A DNA stretch of 64,000 bases from Candidatus Calditenuaceae archaeon HR02 (GTDB lineage Archaea; Thermoproteota; Nitrososphaeria_A; Caldarchaeales; Calditenuaceae): positions 1 through 64,000 of the forward strand of contig BEHE01000006.1 of NCBI GenBank assembly GCA_002898395.1, in the 5' to 3' direction. Below the pieces are notes generated by a model that did not search any database, had not been told where the DNA came from, and worked only from the letters and a program-made list of their open reading frames with translations. Below, piece after piece: positions 18,681 through 29,347 of the stretch (position 1 is its first letter; each line of letters begins with the position of its first letter). The translations under genes were made by a program, and so were the position numbers.

Positions 18681-18898
18681 GGATAGTGTCTGGATAACGT
18701 GCTATATTTAAAGGCTGATTGTGATTGTAGTAGAATAGTCTCAGGTCGTTTCAGATGTATCGGTAAGCCCCGAGGTCAAGGCGTCTGGCGTCACAGAACT
18801 ACTGTAGAAGGCCTCGTGGATGTCAGTACAATCCCCTCTTTAACGGTATAGGACAGGTCGAGGAGGATTACTTATAAATGCGCTTATCCGGACACTAA
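18681..18898. mobile_element. MITE, family A
   Basis: ggatagtgtctggataac ... cttatccggacacta, flanked by 8-bp direct repeat AATACAAT. Homologous to 2335-2553. Confidence 0.88.
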
Positions 18899-19268
18899 AA
18901 TACAATGTGGCTGAAGTACTATACAACAACCAATAACCATTACAGCCCTAGACCCTAACGCACCATACCGGTTAAGCCGACACACCTCGACAAGAGATAG
19001 AGAAGACCACCTGCGGCAGAGTGTGGATGGCTTACATGTCCCTGTAGGTTTCTGAACTTATTAATGAAATACGACCTCGAGGTAACAGGTGCTCGCCTCT
19101 TCGGCCCTACTTTGGAGAGAACACGTGTGGTAACGCCGCAATCATCAACTCCCTGTAGGGGTAGAGTCTCACGTAAACGTTTGCCGATCTATAGTAGCTG
19201 GTGTTTGGTTGGAGGTAGTCATACACAGAAGCTCTGCTGCATGAGTATCTACCGCCACCCTATACCAT

Positions 19269-19646
19269 TCATGAAAAAATGTTAAGTTCATCCCTTATGA
19301 CAACACCCCTTCGCGTAGCCTCCTCCGCCATAGGCGTTTTTAGCTTTCTTTGTCTCTGAAAATCCTGTGGTGTTAACGGTATTATCTCTAGGCTTGGATA
19401 TCTTTTCAACACTTCTATGAGTTGTTCAAACCTGTTCAGAGGGTTTTTTGTGAATTTGGGTGATATCACTAAAAGGTCCACGTCACTCCACTGATTAAAG
19501 TCTCCCCTAGCGTACGAGCCTATGACAACAGCCGAGACAGGGCCTAAAATTTTTTCTATCAAGCCGACCGCCTGAACAGCCGATTCTATGGCCGCTTTTC
19601 TCATAATCTTTCTTTCCTCAGCAACTCCCATTTCGACCTCACCCAA
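19269..19646 (-). CDS. Minimal nucleotidyltransferase (MNT antitoxin)
   Basis: GSYARGDFNQWSDVDLLV. Confidence 0.9.
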   Translation of the reverse strand: MGEVEMGVAEERKIMRKAAIESAVQAVGLIEKILGPVSAVVIGSYARGDFNQWSDVDLLVISPKFTKNPLNRFEQLIEVLKRYPSLEIIPLTPQDFQRQRKLKTPMAEEATRRGVVIRDELNIFS

Positions 19647-20029
19647 GCCAAAACGTTTTCAGCTCTCTTGATGGCCTCGACCGCCTCGTTTTCAGAAAAA
19701 TACTCCTCCGGCATGCCCGACTCCCAAACATCCGGATATCTTGTCGATGTATAGTATTTATCAAGTCTTAGGCAGTCCTCTTTAACTTTTTCATCACCGC
19801 CGACGATGCTTTCTAATGCCTCATACAGTTTTTTAAGGCTGTGACCATAGCGCGGATTGCCAGAACCCCAAAGTAATGCTTTCAATGCCTTTTCAGCTGC
19901 CTGATGGGACTTGAAGCATGCCCAGTTGTATTCTTCCCCCTTCAAGTCCTTGACAGCGGAGTTTAGAGTTATCTGCGCGCTCGCCATCCATCTACTGTAC
20001 TCATCTTCGTCCACGATTCTACGCCCCAC
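19601..20029 (-). CDS. HEPN domain protein
   Basis: YNWACFKSHQAAEKALKA, GHSL and YYTSTRYPD motifs. Overlaps the MNT gene. Confidence 0.9.
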   Translation of the reverse strand: MGRRIVDEDEYSRWMASAQITLNSAVKDLKGEEYNWACFKSHQAAEKALKALLWGSGNPRYGHSLKKLYEALESIVGGDEKVKEDCLRLDKYYTSTRYPDVWESGMPEEYFSENEAVEAIKRAENVLAWVRSKWELLRKERL

Positions 20030-20276
20030 TTTACCCAGCCAAACCCGTTGATAAAGGTGCCTTGCGGCTTAACTCCTTGTTTATTTCCGTTGTTGAGACA
20101 TGTGCTATGCGTTTCCCCCAAGGGTTCTTAAAGCATTCGCATAAACATGCACCTAAACTCAGCAAGGGCCTATGACATAAGAGAACCACACAGCTAAGAA
20201 AGTGGAACATCCAATGAATCAAGCCACAAAGTCCGATGTTAAGAACCATACTCTCTCGTAAATAAGGCTGGAAGAC

Positions 20277-20651
20277 TCATGCAACATGTTTCAATACTTC
20301 CAAGCATGCTATTCTTGGCAGTTTCATGCCAAATGTTAGGAACTCGTCTAAGTCTTTGACTAAGGTTATCTGTATTGCGTCAGCCAAATATATTCCGTGT
20401 TTGAAAAATAGGCTGTAGACCGAATCAGGACGCTATAGGTTAGCGGTACTAACTTTAGTTGTCCGAGCCTTGTTAGGAGTCTAGTCTCGCCGATAAATTT
20501 CACGAAAACATTATTCACACCTGTGATTATCCCCTTTTTCTCGTATTTGTCGAAGAGATTGATAGAGTACATCTATTTTGCCGGTTCCATCTTCGAGTAT
20601 GTATCTCTTGACGATCGCACTAGTATCCAGATAGACTTTTCGAACGCTCAT
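20277..20651 (-). pseudogene. PIN-domain (VapC) toxin, disrupted
   Basis: MSVRKVYLDTSAIVKRYILEDG ... YLADA.QI ... DEFLTF spread over shifted frames. Confidence 0.75.
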
Positions 20652-20654
20652 CTC

Positions 20655-20903
20655 TCACCTCCATGACGACTTTCTCGGACCCGGGCCCTCTGGGCCTACC
20701 TGTCTCAACTTCGGCGCTCGTGTAGAATCTGCCTCCGATACTAGGCTTGTACAAAGCCCGTCTAGAAAAGGGGCCTCACCGTAAAGCGATAGGAATTCCT
20801 CAACCATGTTGCTGAGCCTGCGACCCTCCATAGCCAGTCTACTCCTTGCCCTTTTAACCACATCCGCCCTAATAGAGAGTGTCAATTTCACCGTTCCTGC
20901 CAT
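20655..20903 (-). pseudogene. VapB-like (RHH) antitoxin, probably frameshifted in its 3' half
   Basis: KLTLSIRADVVKRAR...LSNMVEEFL directly upstream of the PIN remnant. Palindrome ACGTATATACGT at 20915-20926 in its promoter. Confidence 0.6.
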
Positions 20904-21132
20904 TCGATAATCATACGTATATACGTGCAGAAGTAATATATAGATGGCAGCACCCTATCCGGGCTATCAAGCTTATTAAGCCTCATTCATCACATCTCAC
21001 GACTTGGTGCGTCTCTATGGCTCAAAGATGCTCCTCGAGAGCAGAAATTGAGGCGTATTTCTAATTTTACTATGCTACTCAACTTGAAGAGGTATACTAT
21101 CTCTGGAATACCAAGCTAAGGGCCTCAACCGC

Positions 21133-21723
21133 CTAGATCTCCTCCACCTTCATGGGTGTCAAGTCTCCACTCCACTTCATCACCCATACGTTCAACTCAT
21201 TGGCCCTCTCTATCACCTCGTGCATCCAGCTACCGAATCTGTATACTCTATGTTCTAGGTCTAGGCTCTTACATGCAGCCAAGTAATGACTCCCACCATC
21301 AGTATATACTTGGTGTCTCCCAAACCTCTTAACCAGCTCCCCTAGGAAATCCTCCACTACCAGCTGGTTTCTATCCAGGAGAGCCACATACCCAGTATCC
21401 TCCTGCTATAAAGAGCCAAGCACTAGAACCACCTATCCTAACCTCGGTATCGTCTATCAGGAATAGTGATACCCTACATCTAGATGCGTAGACATTCCTA
21501 AACCCCTTAAGCCTCTTCTCCCAAAGCCAGGCAGCAACATGACTCACCACGACGAAAGGCTCTAAAGCCTTAGCGACCTTCCTAAGACTGTTACCCAGAT
21601 ACCTGAGGTATAATGCATAGAGGGCGACAGGCACCGGAGTCCTAAGACCATCAAGAAAACCCATAAACAAAGAACAAGAAAACCAGGCCATAAACAAAAC
21701 AATAAAACCAACTTAACGGACCC
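21133..21723 (-). mobile_element. IS6-family element remnant (frameshifted, 3' truncated)
   Basis: SLRKVA...VSHVA.W.W, LIDDTEVRIGG..AWL, YTDGG.HY..AC and IER motifs. Left TIR GGGTCCGTTAAGTTGG at 21708-21723. Confidence 0.85.
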
Positions 21724-21772
21724 CTTGAAACTATCAAAAACCTATATTACTGTAAGGGATATACCTTTAAGC

Positions 21773-22291
21773 ATGCTCGAGTGGATTTCCTTGTTCGTCC
21801 TCTTAGTGTTGGTTGTCATCCTGTTCTATCGCTATTCTATAATAAGGGCCAAATATTCTATATTAGTGGAGCAGGTTGAGGCGTTGCGGGGGCAGGTTGA
21901 GGCCAAAGCTCAACTTCTATTAAATGAGTGGAAGAAGAAGGAGGAAGATCGCCTAAGGGAGGATGCTATTAAAAGGTCAATGTACACAATTATTGGGAAA
22001 GTTGGAGAACACTTAGCTCCCATAATTATATTTTCAAAATATGGAATTAATCCAAAGGACTTCAGATTCATAGGGACGCCAGTAGACTTTATAGCATTCA
22101 AGGGTTTGTCCGAGGGAAGCCTCACAGAAATATACTTTTTCGAGGTAAAGAGTGGGGAAACAAAGGTTCTGACCGAGAGGGAGAGGCAGATAAAGGATGT
22201 AATCGAGTCTAAGAGGGTAAAATGGGAGCTAATACATCTGCCTTCAGAAATTGATAACTTAAAGGCAGAGCCTCAAAATCGTCAACAATAG
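21773..22291 (+). CDS. Membrane-anchored Holliday-junction-resolvase-like PD-(D/E)XK endonuclease (Endonuc_Holl type)
   Basis: N-terminal TM plus coiled coil, then GKVGEHLAP, DFRFIGTPVDFIAF.G and FEVKSG. Confidence 0.85.
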   Translation: MLEWISLFVLLVLVVILFYRYSIIRAKYSILVEQVEALRGQVEAKAQLLLNEWKKKEEDRLREDAIKRSMYTIIGKVGEHLAPIIIFSKYGINPKDFRFIGTPVDFIAFKGLSEGSLTEIYFFEVKSGETKVLTERERQIKDVIESKRVKWELIHLPSEIDNLKAEPQNRQQ

Positions 22292-22380
22292 ACTATAAAT
22301 CATAATAGCAGTGGATCAAATAATATCTCGGGAGACGAGGAATACTTGAGACGCCGCGCAAATCCATAATTTAACGGCAT

Positions 22381-22455
22381 TGGGCCCGGAGGGACTCGAA
22401 CCCTCGACCTCCGGCTCCGCAGGCCGGCGCCATATCCATGCTAGGCCACGGGCCC
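22381..22455 (-). tRNA. tRNA-Arg(GCG), intronless
   Basis: GGGCCCG acceptor, CCGGC-CTGCGGA-GCCGG anticodon arm and GGTTCGAGTCC T-arm. Confidence 0.95.
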
Positions 22456-22529
22456 ATGTTTATGTTTTCTGTGCCCTAATATATGCTTGGATACGCCTGT
22501 GGCGCGGGGGTAATGGGTTATAGCTGGCC

Positions 22530-23303
22530 TTGAGTGGTTATTTGGCGGTTGGGGTGGGCTTGTCGCGAGCGTTAATTGAGGTGGCGGGGCTCTGGAAGAG
22601 TTTTGATGGCGTGCCCGCGGTCAGCGGTCTAAACATGGTTGTGAACGCAGGTACAATACATGGGCTTTTTGGACTCAACGGCGCGGGTAAGACGACAACG
22701 ATCAAGTGTATTGTGGGGCTCCTAAGGCCGGATAGTGGGGAGATATTTGTCGCGGGCCGCTCAGTCCTCACAGACACAACGTATAAGAGCCTTCTAGGGT
22801 ATCTCCCAGAAAACCCCGCCCTCCCCGAATACCTCACCACAGAGGAGTTTCTCGTCTTCAACGCTAGGTTAAAGGAGCTTAGAGAGGGGGAGTTGAAGAG
22901 GAGTGTCTCTGAGGCGGTGGAGCTGTTTGGCCTCGGGAGATATCTCGACAGGCTGATCTACGAGTTGTCGAAGGGTGTTAGGCAGAGGATAGCCTTCGCC
23001 GCAGCTATAATTAACTCTCCCCAGATCCTTATCTTGGACGAGCCGTTCAACGGGCTAGACCCCGAAGCCCAAAGCATAGCTAAGATGCTGATGAAGGAGA
23101 TTGCAAAGAGTGGAGGGGCAGTTCTTGTGAGCACCCACCTCCTAGACTCGATTGAGCGAATATGCGACAGGGCCACGATTATACACGAGGGGCGGGAGCT
23201 GGCTTCGGGAAGCCTGGAAGAGCTTAGAAGACTGGCAGGCCTAGAAGACCCTACACCCCTCGAAGACATATTCCTCAACATAGTCTCGAGGCGGCGGGCT
23301 TGA
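22530..23303 (+). CDS. ABC-2 type transporter ATP-binding protein
   Basis: GLNGAGKTT, LSKG, LILDEPFNGLD and STH motifs. Confidence 0.93.
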   Translation: MSGYLAVGVGLSRALIEVAGLWKSFDGVPAVSGLNMVVNAGTIHGLFGLNGAGKTTTIKCIVGLLRPDSGEIFVAGRSVLTDTTYKSLLGYLPENPALPEYLTTEEFLVFNARLKELREGELKRSVSEAVELFGLGRYLDRLIYELSKGVRQRIAFAAAIINSPQILILDEPFNGLDPEAQSIAKMLMKEIAKSGGAVLVSTHLLDSIERICDRATIIHEGRELASGSLEELRRLAGLEDPTPLEDIFLNIVSRRRA

Positions 23304-24823
23304 TGGACCCTGCACTGCTACTCGTAATGGTCAAGATGAAACAATACTTGGGACAGCTCAGGCGCTCCCCCCGAAACCTCCTCGCACTGGCCGCGGTCTA
23401 TCTCTCCTGGCTCTTCATAATAGGCCTAGTCTCGCTCATGATACGGTTTACAGGAGTGCTCTCAGGCGCGGGTCCAAGAGACTTTCTAGGGGTTCTCTCC
23501 GAGGTTACAGTAACGGCTATACTTGCGGTCGGCATCTTCTTAGGGATTAAGGGCGGCATTACCGCGTTCCCATACGAGATAGACTATGTCCTCACATCTA
23601 GTGTGAGGCCGCGTATCTACTTGCTGGCTGACTTGGTCTTCCAGTTCTTCCTTCTCGGCTTCTTCATTATCCCGCCTACCAGTCTCATGCTGATTATACT
23701 AACCTTTCCCCTTCACCTAGACTATTTGGGGAGAGCCATCCCCCTCTACATCTCAACTATCCTCATGTCTATACTGCTCTCTCACGTGTTAGGGATTTCG
23801 CGGGGTAGGATTGGGGAGAGGCGTGTGAGGCTGATGGGCTGGTCCCTGATGGCGCTGGTGTTGGCGCCGCTTGTTCTGCTGGCTCTACGGGTTAAGCCTC
23901 CTGCGCTCCTCTCGCCTCATCCCGCGCTTCTCGTCTCATCAGCGATAGAGGCGCCCAGCGTGACCCTACTCTGGATACTCCCCTACCTAGCGCTTCTTAG
24001 CCTCACACATCTCTACCTCTCTAGGTCCAACTTCTACTCCTCAGTCTCACCCATACTCTTCTCAGTGCTGATGGAACCGCCTAGCAGGTTCTCGAGATAC
24101 TTTAAGATACCGGGTGTGGGCAGGGTCTTTAGGCTTGGGTCTGCGCGGAGCTACTTCTCGCTAATGTATAGGCTTCATCTCGTGAGAGTTGTTAGGGAGG
24201 GCAGCCTCTGGACTGGGATGATGGTGCTTCTGTTCCTAACGCTGGCGAATACCGCTCTTCCTAGGCTAGTGGGTGTCGCCCAGTTCCCCGAGGTGGCAGA
24301 GCTGACGATGATCGCTTTCTATATCCCGCTGCTCCCCGCCCTACTCTCGATAAACTGGAGCATATCTGAGAGGCGGAACACGTGGGTCATCAGCCTATCA
24401 CTGAGGGGTGAGAGATACTATGTCTCAGGCCTCTTCCTCGCATACTTCACGGTGACATTCCTCTTCTCACTGCTACTCTACGGATTGGTCTCCGTAGGAT
24501 CCAGCGAGGCGCCATTCCTCCTAGTCGACCTGGTTCTCTTGCTGGCCATGTCGTGCTTCGGCTCCACACTCTCAGTCCTCGTCTCACTAGTCATGAGGCT
24601 GGCCCCCTCACCCTTCTCCCTTGGCTCTCTACTCTACATCCTGATACCCCTCACAGGCTCAATCCTCCTCTCCCTCCCGATACTAGTGGTTAGGCTCTTC
24701 GAGCCGCTGGCCAGCTCGCCCACAGCCGCCCTCATGGCCAATATGGTGGCATACGTGGGGGTCTCTGCGGGGGTCTTATATAAGGTCCTCACGGCAGCAG
24801 GTGTGAAATATCTCGGAGGATAA
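23300..24823 (+). CDS. Putative ABC exporter permease
   Basis: Many TM helices. Overlaps the ATPase gene by 4 bp. Confidence 0.75.
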   Translation: MMDPALLLVMVKMKQYLGQLRRSPRNLLALAAVYLSWLFIIGLVSLMIRFTGVLSGAGPRDFLGVLSEVTVTAILAVGIFLGIKGGITAFPYEIDYVLTSSVRPRIYLLADLVFQFFLLGFFIIPPTSLMLIILTFPLHLDYLGRAIPLYISTILMSILLSHVLGISRGRIGERRVRLMGWSLMALVLAPLVLLALRVKPPALLSPHPALLVSSAIEAPSVTLLWILPYLALLSLTHLYLSRSNFYSSVSPILFSVLMEPPSRFSRYFKIPGVGRVFRLGSARSYFSLMYRLHLVRVVREGSLWTGMMVLLFLTLANTALPRLVGVAQFPEVAELTMIAFYIPLLPALLSINWSISERRNTWVISLSLRGERYYVSGLFLAYFTVTFLFSLLLYGLVSVGSSEAPFLLVDLVLLLAMSCFGSTLSVLVSLVMRLAPSPFSLGSLLYILIPLTGSILLSLPILVVRLFEPLASSPTAALMANMVAYVGVSAGVLYKVLTAAGVKYLGG

Positions 24824-24863
24824 CCACACCGGGTCCTCAGAACTGATAAACTAATGAGGTGTA

Positions 24864-25148
24864 ATGACGAGTGGTATGAGGACCCTGACGGTGCGTATCT
24901 CTGATAGTCTAAGGAGAAGGATGAGGAGGCTTAAGGGAGTTAATTGGGGTGAGGTCGTTAGGGGCGAGATATTGGAGCGGGTCATGTTGGAGGAGCGATC
25001 ATCTGGCAAGGACTGGGATGCCGTGAGGCAGGCAGCTAGGATGGTCAACAATATCAGAAACTCTCTGAGAGAGATGTATGGTGAGTCAAGCTATGACAGC
25101 GTCGAGCTGATTAGAGGATGGAGAGAATCCAGGGCATGGAGAGGATAG
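24864..25148 (+). CDS. VapB-like antitoxin
   Basis: TLTVRISDSLRRRM...VNWGEVVR...SVELIRGWRE, overlapping a PIN start. Confidence 0.7.
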   Translation: MTSGMRTLTVRISDSLRRRMRRLKGVNWGEVVRGEILERVMLEERSSGKDWDAVRQAARMVNNIRNSLREMYGESSYDSVELIRGWRESRAWRG

Positions 25149-25200
25149 TAGTAGATACGTCGGTTATCCGTTAAGTGGTTTGCCTCGGAGAACTGGGGAA
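25136..25200 (+). pseudogene. PIN/VapC N-terminal remnant
   Basis: MERIVVDTSVI, frameshift, VKWF, then no further homology. Confidence 0.6.
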
Positions 25201-25621
25201 GGCTGGTCAAGAGGGCTTGGAAGAGAGCCTGCCTATCAAGAACCGCGAATTTGAGGCCTGCTATTCTTTGGGCTAGTCAATACAGCCTTAGAGGATGTCA
25301 TCCCTAGAGAATTCCCGAGCTCGACCACTCTCCTGAGCTTTGTTAGCTAGAGATGACACATCAGGTCCACGACCCGGATGCTATGAGGCTGATTATTAAA
25401 GGCATGGCCTTGTCAGACTTATGAGAATTTAGAGAACATTCAGGTAGAAGAAGGAACGATAGTTGTTCTCGTAACACGAGCAGTAAGCTGCGTATCAAAA
25501 ATCTTAAGAGAAGAATATCAAAACACATCAGAGAGTCGTCATATTTAGTGAAAATATATTATGCTACATTTACATACTCTAAACGTATAGTAGGGGTCTG
25601 TATATTCTGTTATCTCCACGA

Positions 25622-26122
25622 CTAGAGCCGTAAGGTTATCACCTCTCGCTTTACAGACCTATGAGAGTATCTACTGAGAACACTCCGCCCCCCCAGCGTT
25701 AGCGTCGCTATCGCTGCTGCTAGTATTACTGTGTCCAGCTCCCATCCGCCTACGCCAGACACGTAGCCTCGCATGAATCTCCTTGAGGCCTGCACCATCT
25801 GGGTCAGTATCTCAGGAGGAGGAACCATCTTGCCTATCTTAGTTATATAGAGCAGGGTGGTGCCTATCATCTCTAGGATGAAAAGTATAGAAACTATCCT
25901 AGTTAGGAAACCCGTAGAAAGAAGAGTCCACCTAAAAACTCTAGAATTGCGACCAAGTCAAATAATCCCGCTGGAACTCCTAGTTGTTTCATCCCCTCAC
26001 GCATCTGGGGTCTAGTGGGGCCTGCTAGCTTCGGCATCCCATGAATCATCATCAGAACTCCAACGGCTATGCGGAGGGCTAAAGTTGCAACATCAGTATA
26101 TGCGGCTAGGAAATCTAACCAT
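25622..26122 (-). pseudogene. DoxX-family membrane protein, frameshifted
   Basis: LALRIAVGVLMMIHGMPKL...GFLTRIV...GGWELD...LTLGG spread over several frames. Confidence 0.75.
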
Positions 26123-26149
26123 TCTCCTTTTAAGAAGGATAGAGAGATG

Positions 26150-26265
26150 ATTCAGAGAGTTAATGGACAGGACCAAGGGGTTCTATAACAACGTGAATTC
26201 GAAGACGTTGAAGAGCTTGGAGGAGCTGATTAGGGCTATCGCCCTACTCCACACCCCTCTTAACG
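26150..26265 (+). pseudogene. IS6-like transposase C-terminal fragment
   Basis: LMDRTKGFYNNVNSKTLKSLEELIRAIALLH resembles archaeal IS6 C-termini. Confidence 0.45.
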
Positions 26266-26362
26266 TTAAGTGAGAAGGAGGCGCGATACCGGTTGAGGAC
26301 GCCGATACCGACGAGGCGAAGGATTATATATTTTTAATTTTGAAGGAACAGATAGGCTGGTC

Positions 26363-26674
26363 ATGGCTAGGGTAGCTGAAAGGGTTCCAGGATGGGTCGC
26401 TAGGTTCCTACTACCTGAGATCAGGGCGCTAATAAAAGAGGAGACGAAAGACTTAAAGACATACATGGACGATAAGTTCAAAACGTTCGATGAAAGACTG
26501 GAGACGTTCAATGAGAAGTTTAAGGCATTAGATGAGCGATTAATTTCCCTTCGCAATGAGATGAACGCTAGGTTTGATAGCCTAGAGAGCAGAGTAGATG
26601 TGTTACAGAGAGTGGCAGTCCTAGAGGCAGAGGTAAGAGAACTAAAGAAGAGATTAGAACAGAAAACGATTTAA
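26363..26674 (+). CDS. Small archaeal coiled-coil protein
   Basis: Heptad repeats (DDKFKTFDERLETFNEKFKALDERL). TATA-like tttttaat upstream. Confidence 0.7.
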   Translation: MARVAERVPGWVARFLLPEIRALIKEETKDLKTYMDDKFKTFDERLETFNEKFKALDERLISLRNEMNARFDSLESRVDVLQRVAVLEAEVRELKKRLEQKTI

Positions 26675-27256
26675 ACTTCACTTAGTGCCTCTTGGCTTAA
26701 TTCCCTTCAATACCTGAGCCTTCATAAGCAGTAATGGCTATCACCTTTCCATACATTCCTCAGATCTTTATTTCAACATGCGAAGGATATGAATGATAGC
26801 AAGAAGGGGAGGTCGGAGCGAGTCTCTGAATCTTAAGGCTCCTCAACCCATCTAGGGGGAGGTCTATCCTAAAACGCCCTAGCATTCATGAGGTGGCTCG
26901 GATCAGGCTATGTTACGCACTGCGGGGATGATATAATCTTGGTCATGACACACAACAAAGGTGAAAACAATCCTGATTGGTTAAAGAGGGAGATTATCTT
27001 GTGAGCCCATACCTCTAATGCTCTCCCTAGAAGAGCTGACTAGGAGATATCTCTCCGAGACGCCCCAAAGGTTTAATCCAGCTACATAGAGTATACCGCA
27101 TAGGCCTTCTCCAGCGGGGAGCAGTTATGGAACCTGAATTAGGGTAGATATCCTGCTCCACAAGGTAATCAAAACATGCTTGGCAATAGGAGAGCAAAAG
27201 AGACCGTAGACCTACCCAGAAAATTCTAAATAAAAGTCACCAGTGCAGGCGGCTAC

Positions 27257-27375
27257 GGGTCCGTTAAGTTGGTATTACTAAGATGCTGCCTGGATGAATA
27301 AATCGCCTCAACAATTGCCTATAGTTGGTTTTAAGACTTATAAACTAGCAACTCTTAAATAAAACTTAACGGACC
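27257..27375. mobile_element. MITE, family B (IS6-derived)
   Basis: TIR GGTCCGTTAAGTT / AACTTAACGGACC, identical to the IS6 end at 21710-21722. Flanked by 10-bp direct repeat AGGCGGCTAC. Confidence 0.9.
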
Positions 27376-27430
27376 AGGCGGCTACATTGGAAATATTTTT
27401 ATAACCCGTCAGGATAGTCTATTTCCAAGA

Positions 27431-29347
27431 TTGGTTCAAGAGGTTAAAAAGGAGGAAGGGGTCAAGGAGGTAAAGGTCAAGGAGGAGAAAAAGAAGGGGA
27501 GGAGGGAGGAGCTGGTTAAGCAGTGGAGGGGTATAGACGTAAAGCCTCTAAACCCCTCTTTCGAGATTCTTGACAGATATGTTTTGAGGGAGAAGTTCGC
27601 AGAGGTTATTATCGCCGCGCCTCCCGGAAAGGTTGTCGAGCCGATATACTTCGTGGTTGAGACTCCCCTCACACCACAGGAGGAGACTGCGCTGGAGAAG
27701 ATAAAGGACATCCTGACAAAGGAGCTCGACTTCCCCAAGATTGGTGAGGAGGAAGAGGTTAGGAAGATTCTACACGAGACCACCTTGAAGGTTATGAAGA
27801 AGTATAGGAGGGCTATAGGGATTCCATCACCATCGGAAGACGTGATCGAGAAGTTCCTCTACTATATCGATAGGGACCTGATGGGTTTCGGGCCGCTGAA
27901 CGTGATTATGGAGGATTACAAGGTCGAGGATATTTCGTGTGACGGTCTCAATATTCCTATCTATGTCTGGCACAGGGACTTTGAGAGCATGCCTACCAAC
28001 GTCTCCTCCACCGATAGAGAGGCTCTCGACGACTTTATTATCCACCTGGCCCACAAGGCGGGAAAGCACGTCTCATCCGCCTTCCCAATCGTGGACGCCA
28101 TGATCTATGGCAAGCACAGGCTTGCCGCGACTTTTAGGGAGGAGATCTCTCCGCGAGGCAGCACGTTCACTATTAGGAAGTTCAGGGAGAAGCCTTTCAG
28201 TATCACAGAGCTTATTCTAAGCAATGTATTGAACAGCGAGATGGGGGCGTATTTCTGGCTTCTCCTCGAGAATAAGGCTAGTCTGATGCTTATAGGTGCG
28301 ACGGGGAGTGGTAAGACCACTCTGCTGAACGCGCTGACCACTTTTATCAAGCCTAGGATGAAGATAGTTACCTGCGAGGAGACTGCCGAGATCAATATTC
28401 CGAGGGATAACTGGGTTAGGTTTGTGACTAGGGAGAGCTATGGTCTCGGGGCGACTGAGAGGGGTGCTGTGGCCCTTTTCGACCTGGTCAAGACGAGCCT
28501 CAGGTATAGGCCTGACTACCTGATCGTGGGCGAGGTTAGGGGTGAGGAGGCCTTTGTCCTATTCCAGGCTATTGCGACCGGGCATGGAGGCTTGACGACT
28601 GTTCACGCCGAGGATGTGGAGAGTGCTATTAAGAGGCTTATGAGCCCGCCGATGAATATTCCCGAGACCCATATCTCGCTGCTTGACGCCATGGCGTTGG
28701 TCCAGAGGGTTCAGCTTCGAGGCAAGACACAGCTCTTCGGGAGGAGGGTCAGGTTTATCTGGGAGGTGGAGGATGCTCGCAGGTATAGGAAGATAGCCGA
28801 GTGGGACCCTGTCACAGATACCTTCCGCGTCAACTTCGCCAACAGTCTTCAGATTGAGAATATCTCGTTAATGAGTGGTGTGGGTAAGGAGGATTTGATG
28901 CTTGAGCTTTGGAGGCGGAAGGAGTTGCTTGAATGGATGCGTGAGAATAAGATGACGGATAATGATAGGGTGGCTAGCATCATTCTCTCCTACTATGCTG
29001 ACCCGGAGAAGGTTATTTCAGAAGCTGGTATTACTGTGAAGAGACCGCCGTTCCCTGTTGCTAGGAGAGCCGAGGCTGTTGCCAGACCTGTCGCGGCTGC
29101 GCCGGTGTCTGGAGGTTCTCCCCAGCAGGCTGTTGTGAGCGGGAATTTGGAGGATTTGGAGAAGGAGGTTAAGCCTATTGCCGACTATATTGTCGACGCT
29201 ATTCTTAGGAAGAGCGGCCCGATCCCTTATTGGCAGATCTTTGTAAAGACGCCGTATCCAAGGGATGTTATTATCCGGGCTATGAGGTATCTAAAGGAGA
29301 AGAAGAGGATCGATATTATCGGAGGCGTTGTTGAGCTTATGGAGTAG
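27431..29347 (+). CDS. Type IV pilus/T2SS assembly ATPase (FlaI/TadA family)
   Basis: EDISCDG, TIRKF, Walker A GATGSGKTT, LRYRPDYLIVGEVRGEEA and TGHG..TVHA motifs. Confidence 0.95.
   Translation: MVQEVKKEEGVKEVKVKEEKKKGRREELVKQWRGIDVKPLNPSFEILDRYVLREKFAEVIIAAPPGKVVEPIYFVVETPLTPQEETALEKIKDILTKELDFPKIGEEEEVRKILHETTLKVMKKYRRAIGIPSPSEDVIEKFLYYIDRDLMGFGPLNVIMEDYKVEDISCDGLNIPIYVWHRDFESMPTNVSSTDREALDDFIIHLAHKAGKHVSSAFPIVDAMIYGKHRLAATFREEISPRGSTFTIRKFREKPFSITELILSNVLNSEMGAYFWLLLENKASLMLIGATGSGKTTLLNALTTFIKPRMKIVTCEETAEINIPRDNWVRFVTRESYGLGATERGAVALFDLVKTSLRYRPDYLIVGEVRGEEAFVLFQAIATGHGGLTTVHAEDVESAIKRLMSPPMNIPETHISLLDAMALVQRVQLRGKTQLFGRRVRFIWEVEDARRYRKIAEWDPVTDTFRVNFANSLQIENISLMSGVGKEDLMLELWRRKELLEWMRENKMTDNDRVASIILSYYADPEKVISEAGITVKRPPFPVARRAEAVARPVAAAPVSGGSPQQAVVSGNLEDLEKEVKPIADYIVDAILRKSGPIPYWQIFVKTPYPRDVIIRAMRYLKEKKRIDIIGGVVELME

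Noticed and set aside
17114-18898. Composite transposon carrying the protease between two MITEs
   Set aside because: The right MITE has its own 8-bp TSD, indicating independent insertion. No shared outer TSD.
539-22455. Single integrated virus or plasmid between tRNA-Phe and tRNA-Arg
   Set aside because: No integrase, no duplicated tRNA 3' end (att) and no viral structural or replication genes. Housekeeping-like genes are interspersed.
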